Position numbers and translations under genes: made by a program
The notes under the pieces: generated by a model
What the model saw: the letters and a program-made list of their open reading frames with translations, nothing else
The model's database searches: none
Told to the model about the DNA's origin: nothing
From: Octopus vulgaris
Taxonomy: Eukaryota
Assembly: GCA_951406725.2 (NCBI GenBank)
Contig: OX597818.1
Location: 11,966,001 to 12,030,000 of the forward strand
Direction: 5' to 3'
DNA length: 64,000 bases
Shown: piece by piece, positions 55,401 to 64,000 of the stretch
Position numbering within the stretch: position 1 is the first letter of the stretch
Layout of the letters: each line of letters opens with the position of its first letter

Positions 55401-57156
55401 ACTCAATCACACGCCAGATTTTACCATAACGATAAATACGCGTGTGGTTCAATTGATTACATCCGACGTTATAATTCAAATGCCCCAACCAACAGCGCGC
55501 CAAACTCTCACGGAAAACAAATACAGCATTTAGAAATAAATGCAGCATAATTATAATTAATTAATAAGGGTGAGAGAATTAGATACTAATTTAATAGTAT
55601 ATTTATTCCACACCAAATGGCCTAGTGCTACGAGAAACCTGGATTATTATAATATTTTATAACATATTATAATATTTTTACAAAATAAATATAAGAGAGT
55701 GGTCACTATATTGCTCACTCTAGCACCAGTTAATCCAAAAGGTTTCAACCACGAAAATACATGTTTCCCATGAAAGCCAGTACGACTGTTAGCTCACACG
55801 GACAGGGCAAATAAAAAATAACAAAAATACAGATTATTTTGGGACAATTGTTTCGCTATTAATGAATTAAATGTAATATTACTTACAAAAATCCATTTGT
55901 AGCTCGTCAGCCAAGACTATCTGGATGAAATCCACTCAATCACACGCCAGATTTTACCATAACGATAAATACGCGTGTGGTTCAATTGATTACATCCGAC
56001 GTTATAATTCAAATGCCCCAACCAACAGCGCGCCAAACTCTCACGGAAAACAAATACAGCATTTAGAAATAAATGCAGCATAATTATAATTAATTAATAA
56101 GGGTGAGAGAATTAGATACTAATTTAATAGTATATTTATTCCACACCAAGTGGCCTAGTGCTACGAGAAACCTGGATTATTATAATATTTTATAACATAT
56201 TATAATATTTTTACAAAATAAATATAAGAGAGTGGTCACTATATTGCTCACTCTAGCACCAGTTAATCCAAAAGGTTTCAACCACGAAAATACATGTTTC
56301 CCATGAAAGCCAGTACGACTGTTAGCTCACACGGACAGGGCAAGTAAAAAATAACAAAAATACAGATTATTTTGGGACAATTGTTTCGCTATTAATGAAT
56401 TAAATGTAATATTACTTACAAAAATCCATTTGTAGCTCGTCAGCCAAGACTATCTGGATGAAATCCACTCAATCACACGCCAGATTTTACCATAACGATA
56501 AATACGCGTGTGGTTCAATTGATTACATCCGACGTTATAATTCAAATGCCCCAACCAACAGCGCGCCAAACTCTCACGGAAAACAAATACAGCATTTAGA
56601 AATAAATGCAGCATAATTATAATTAATTAATAAGGGTGAGAGAATTAGATACTAATTTAATAGTATATTTATTCCACACCAAATGGCCTAGTGCTATGAG
56701 AAACCTGGATTATTATAATATTTTATAACATATTATAATATTTTTACAAAATAAATATAAGAGAGTGGTCACTATATTGCTCACTCTAGCACCAGTTAAT
56801 CCAAAAGGTTTCAACCACGAAAATACATGTTTCCCATGAAAGCCAGTACGACTGTTAGCTCACACGGACAGGGCAAATAAAAAATAACAAAAATACAGAT
56901 TATTTTGGGACAATTGTTTCGCTATTAATGAATTAAATGTAATATTACTTACAAAAATCCATTTGTAGCTCGTCAGCCAAGACTATCTGGATGAAATCCA
57001 CTCAATCACACGCCAGATTTTACCATAACGATAAATACGCGTGTGGTTCAATTGATTACATCCGACGTTATAATTCAAATGCCCCCCAACAGCGCCTCAC
57101 GGAAAACAAATACAGCATTTAGAAATAAATGCAGCATAATTATAATTAATTAATAA

Positions 57157-57157
<1 letters not shown>
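52484..57157 (-). repeat. Tandem array, left arm: ~8.8 copies of a 533-bp non-coding hammerhead-containing unit
   Basis: The anchor atataagagagtgg recurs at 52491, 53024, 53557, 54090 ... 56755 (period 533). Only isolated SNPs were seen (55617, 56344, 56683, 56697). No ORF in the track. Strand is given by ribozyme sense. Confidence 0.97.
52641..52716 (-). ncRNA. Type I hammerhead ribozyme (representative; 9 minus-strand copies starting 52641, 53174, 53707, 54240, 54773, 55306, 55839, 56372, 56905)
   Basis: Reverse complement of the motif at 57397-57472 (ttgggacaattgtttcgcta...tagctcgtcagccaa), repeated every 533 bp. Confidence 0.88.
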
Positions 57158-60948
<3,791 letters not shown>

Positions 60949-61149
60949 CTCAAAGTCATCCGTTCATTTTCGGCAGCCAAAACTTCAATCCAAATTGGAG
61001 TCTTTACTTTTTCCTTTCTGTTTTTTTTACCTCCTTTACATTCTATCTCTCTTCCTTTTGTCACCATCGCCTTCATCGTCACCACCAGCACCACTACACC
61101 CCCCACAACCACCACCGAGCCCCCCCGATCCAAACAATGACTTTCACCC

Positions 61150-61670
61150 ATTTCAATGTATACGATTTAAACCAGTTCTACTGTCCTGGGTCATTTACCA
61201 GTGGGCTTTCATTGTCGATAAATTTGATGAAAGCAGTGTTGTACTTGACATGGGCAAAGCATTCAGCTATCTCAGGCACGCAAAACTCGTAGAAAAATTA
61301 CATACCTACAGGATTAACTGTCAAGTTTCGTGGATCAGAGGCGTCTCAAATAGCACCGGCATCATTGAGTTCTTTTTGAACTACACTCTATCATATCTGG
61401 TCTACCTCAATGTTCGGTTTTTTGTCCTCATACTTTTCCTAACATACATTGACAACCTACTTAGCCTTTATCACCAACAACGCTCATCTTTATGCAGACG
61501 ATACTATCTTTTATGCTTCCATAACTTTCCACATCCAAGCATCATCCACATGTAATCTAGACATTTCATGGCAGACCTGCACTCACTCTATGAACAGAAA
61601 TTTCGGAAGCATCCTTCAACGGGGTTATACCAATGTTGTCTTTCTCAGTAGCGCAAAGATGCGCTCAATA
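61150..61670 (+). mobile_element. Decayed LINE RT fragment
   Basis: LDMGKAF..LRH.KL..KL and HLYADDT in adjacent frames. Confidence 0.65.
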
Positions 61671-62218
61671 AATATATTTATTTCAAATTTTGGCACAAGG
61701 CCTGTAATTTCGGGGGAGGAGTAGTCGATTACATCGACCTCAGTACTCGGTACTTATTTTATCGACCCCGGAAGGATGAAAAGCAAAGTCGACCTCGGCG
61801 GAATTTGAACTCAGAACGAAAAGACGGACTAAATGCCGTAAAGCATTTTGCCCGGTGTGCTAACAATTCTATTTTCTCACCGCCTTCAGGAAAACAATAT
61901 TGGCCCCGCCTAAACATGGACAATGCGCAACTAGAACCTTCGGCATCACTATAAACGCAAAGCCTCAACGATCTCGCTCCTGGCGATAGTCCATATTTAA
62001 CATACTAAAAACTACGACTTAGACCCTAACAACCATTCCCAGATCTGGAACGGTGTTGCCGCTACACATCCAAATGAAAATACTTGACTGATTATAACGA
62101 AGTCACTTGCTAAAATATTCCGGGCTTTGGTCTACATATGTGCTATTTCCTAACGCTGCACTTTTTACCGCTACTGTTGTTGATTGTTTCATACCACGAT
62201 ATCATACTACGGACATAA

Positions 62219-62450
62219 AGGCGGCGAGCTGGCAGAAACGTTAACGCGCCGGGCGAAATGCTTTGCGGTATTTCGTCTGCCGCTATGTTCTGAGTTCAAA
62301 TTCCGCCGAGGTCGACTTTGCCTTTCATCCTTTCGGAGTCGATTAAATAAGTACCAGTTACGCACTGGGGTCGATATAATCGACTTATCCGTTTGTCTGT
62401 CCTTGTTTGTCCTCTCTGTGTTTAGCCCCTTGTGGGTAGTAAAGAAATAG
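62219..62450 (+). mobile_element. tRNA-derived SINE family A (representative). Other copies: 165-384(-), 12255-12468(+), 13412-13625(+), 20694-20908(-), 39434-39635(+), 39655-39870(+), 40498-40662(-), 46955-47190(+), 49900-50110(+), 61680-61886(-)
   Basis: Pol III A box tggcagaaacg and B box gagttcaaattcc. Shared core gtcgactttgcctttcatcctttcggggtcgat..aataagtaccag. Confidence 0.9.
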
Positions 62451-64000
62451 ATATCATAATATGGACACTCAGGTGCTTTCGATTCCATTCGTAAAGCTTC
62501 ATCTCATAACTCATAGTATATCCACCTATCCTTCATAATCTGCTCTAATCACTTGCCAAATCCTTTTCTCCAGGACGTCATTACTTTGGACTTCCTTCTC
62601 TGTTTATGTTTCTTTTTTTTTCTACAGATATCTGCTTACAACTATTCTCTTGATACAATAGCCATGTCTTGAAGCGTTTGCGAACATCATGAACGCAGCT
62701 CCTTCTAGACTCAGCTGATAAAAGAAGGAGAAACGTTTAATTTGATTAATCACATCCTAATGTGAACGATAAAATGATATTCATTCACCACTTGGTCAGG
62801 AAACTAATTTTTAAAAATTCTTTAAAATACTATAAAATTACATCGGAATCTGAATTATAATTGCATTTAATTTATTGAAATGTTAAAAATAACTTGAAAT
62901 CTTCCTTGTTTTTCCCCTTTTTTTCTGAACGGTGAAACTCATAGCACATAAAAATATAAATATAGAAAATAAAAATACTCGTTATTATTTATAGCTTTAT
63001 CTATTTCGAGTTGCACCATTCTAAAAAAGGGTTATTTCACTTTCTGTCAAAGTTTCTAAATTCTTATGACGTCAACGACTTGAAATATATTTGAGATTTT
63101 TGGCAATGGTTCTTGGAACATAAAAATAGAAGCTATCAAAATAACTTTATTCATATTAACTCGAATGTTTAATTTTATGCTGCATTTCTGCAACATTTTA
63201 AATTAAAATTAGGAAACAAAAATATATACAATTAGCCGAAACTGACTTCAAATGAATATAAATGTAATACTAAGCTGTTTCTCTGTTTTGAAGAAAGATT
63301 CATTTAACTAAATTTTGCTATTACCTAGTATGCAATTATGCAGAATCAATTGTGTTTTCAAACAGGGAAGCCTCTGTGTGGTCGTTCGAGTTGCTATAAA
63401 TACCATCCAGATCTCACTGAATTACACACTCTACCATATTAAAGGAGGGACATAGTGGATGATATAGTATTAGATACACTATCTGCTTGATAAGGGTTGG
63501 CACCACCGCCACCACCGCCACCGCCACCACCACCACCACCACCACCACCACCACCACCACCTCCCCCCAACAGCAACAGCTCTACAGCAAAAACACAGAT
63601 AAAATCATCCATAAACTTGCTTGCCAGCATGATGAACATTTTCCATTAAGAATATACATTACCGAATTTCAAAGCTATGTTAGTATATCTGATTCCGGTT
63701 ACATGGTTGATTATCTTGAATAACTTATTCTGAGAAAACTAACAATTTCCCACTTCATCTATTCACTTCTGAAGAAACTTTTTGCACGCACAAACAACGG
63801 TTCACGCTTACTCGAGAGATTTTTCGCAATCATCATCTACTAACTCCGCCACCTCCACCTACCCCCGTAACGACTTCAACACTTTCCTCGATTTCTTTAA
63901 CAGTGAGATCATGATGTAATGCGTTGGATACGATCAGAACTGAAGATTAATTAACAAGAACTACGGTTGAGGTTGTTGTTTGGTTACGGGTATACCCTGA

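Overview
AT-rich, microsatellite- and transposon-dense eukaryotic DNA. The SINE and LINE families resemble those of Octopus or other cephalopods; this is inferred from recalled repeat families, not from a search. There is one clear host gene, ALG11 (alpha-1,2-mannosyltransferase, + strand, 3 coding exons at 25194-25417, 26157-27082 and 30687-30970, 477 aa). The rest is tRNA-derived SINEs, LINE fragments (CR1/L2-like, RTE, R4/Dong, CRE-like), Helitron, mariner and piggyBac-type MITEs, and Penelope-like elements (PLEs). The standout is 52484-59356: about 13 near-identical, non-coding 533-bp tandem units, each carrying a type I hammerhead ribozyme motif (CUGACGA...GAAA-caauug-UC). The array flips orientation at ~57157 and sits inside a (TA)n tract next to PLE remnants, one of which has a second, variant hammerhead in inverted terminal repeats. 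This looks like a retrozyme or circular-RNA-derived array. Three neighbouring insertions in the same TA tract share a '3' ends outward' inverted geometry. Repeat boundaries are approximate and were read by eye.
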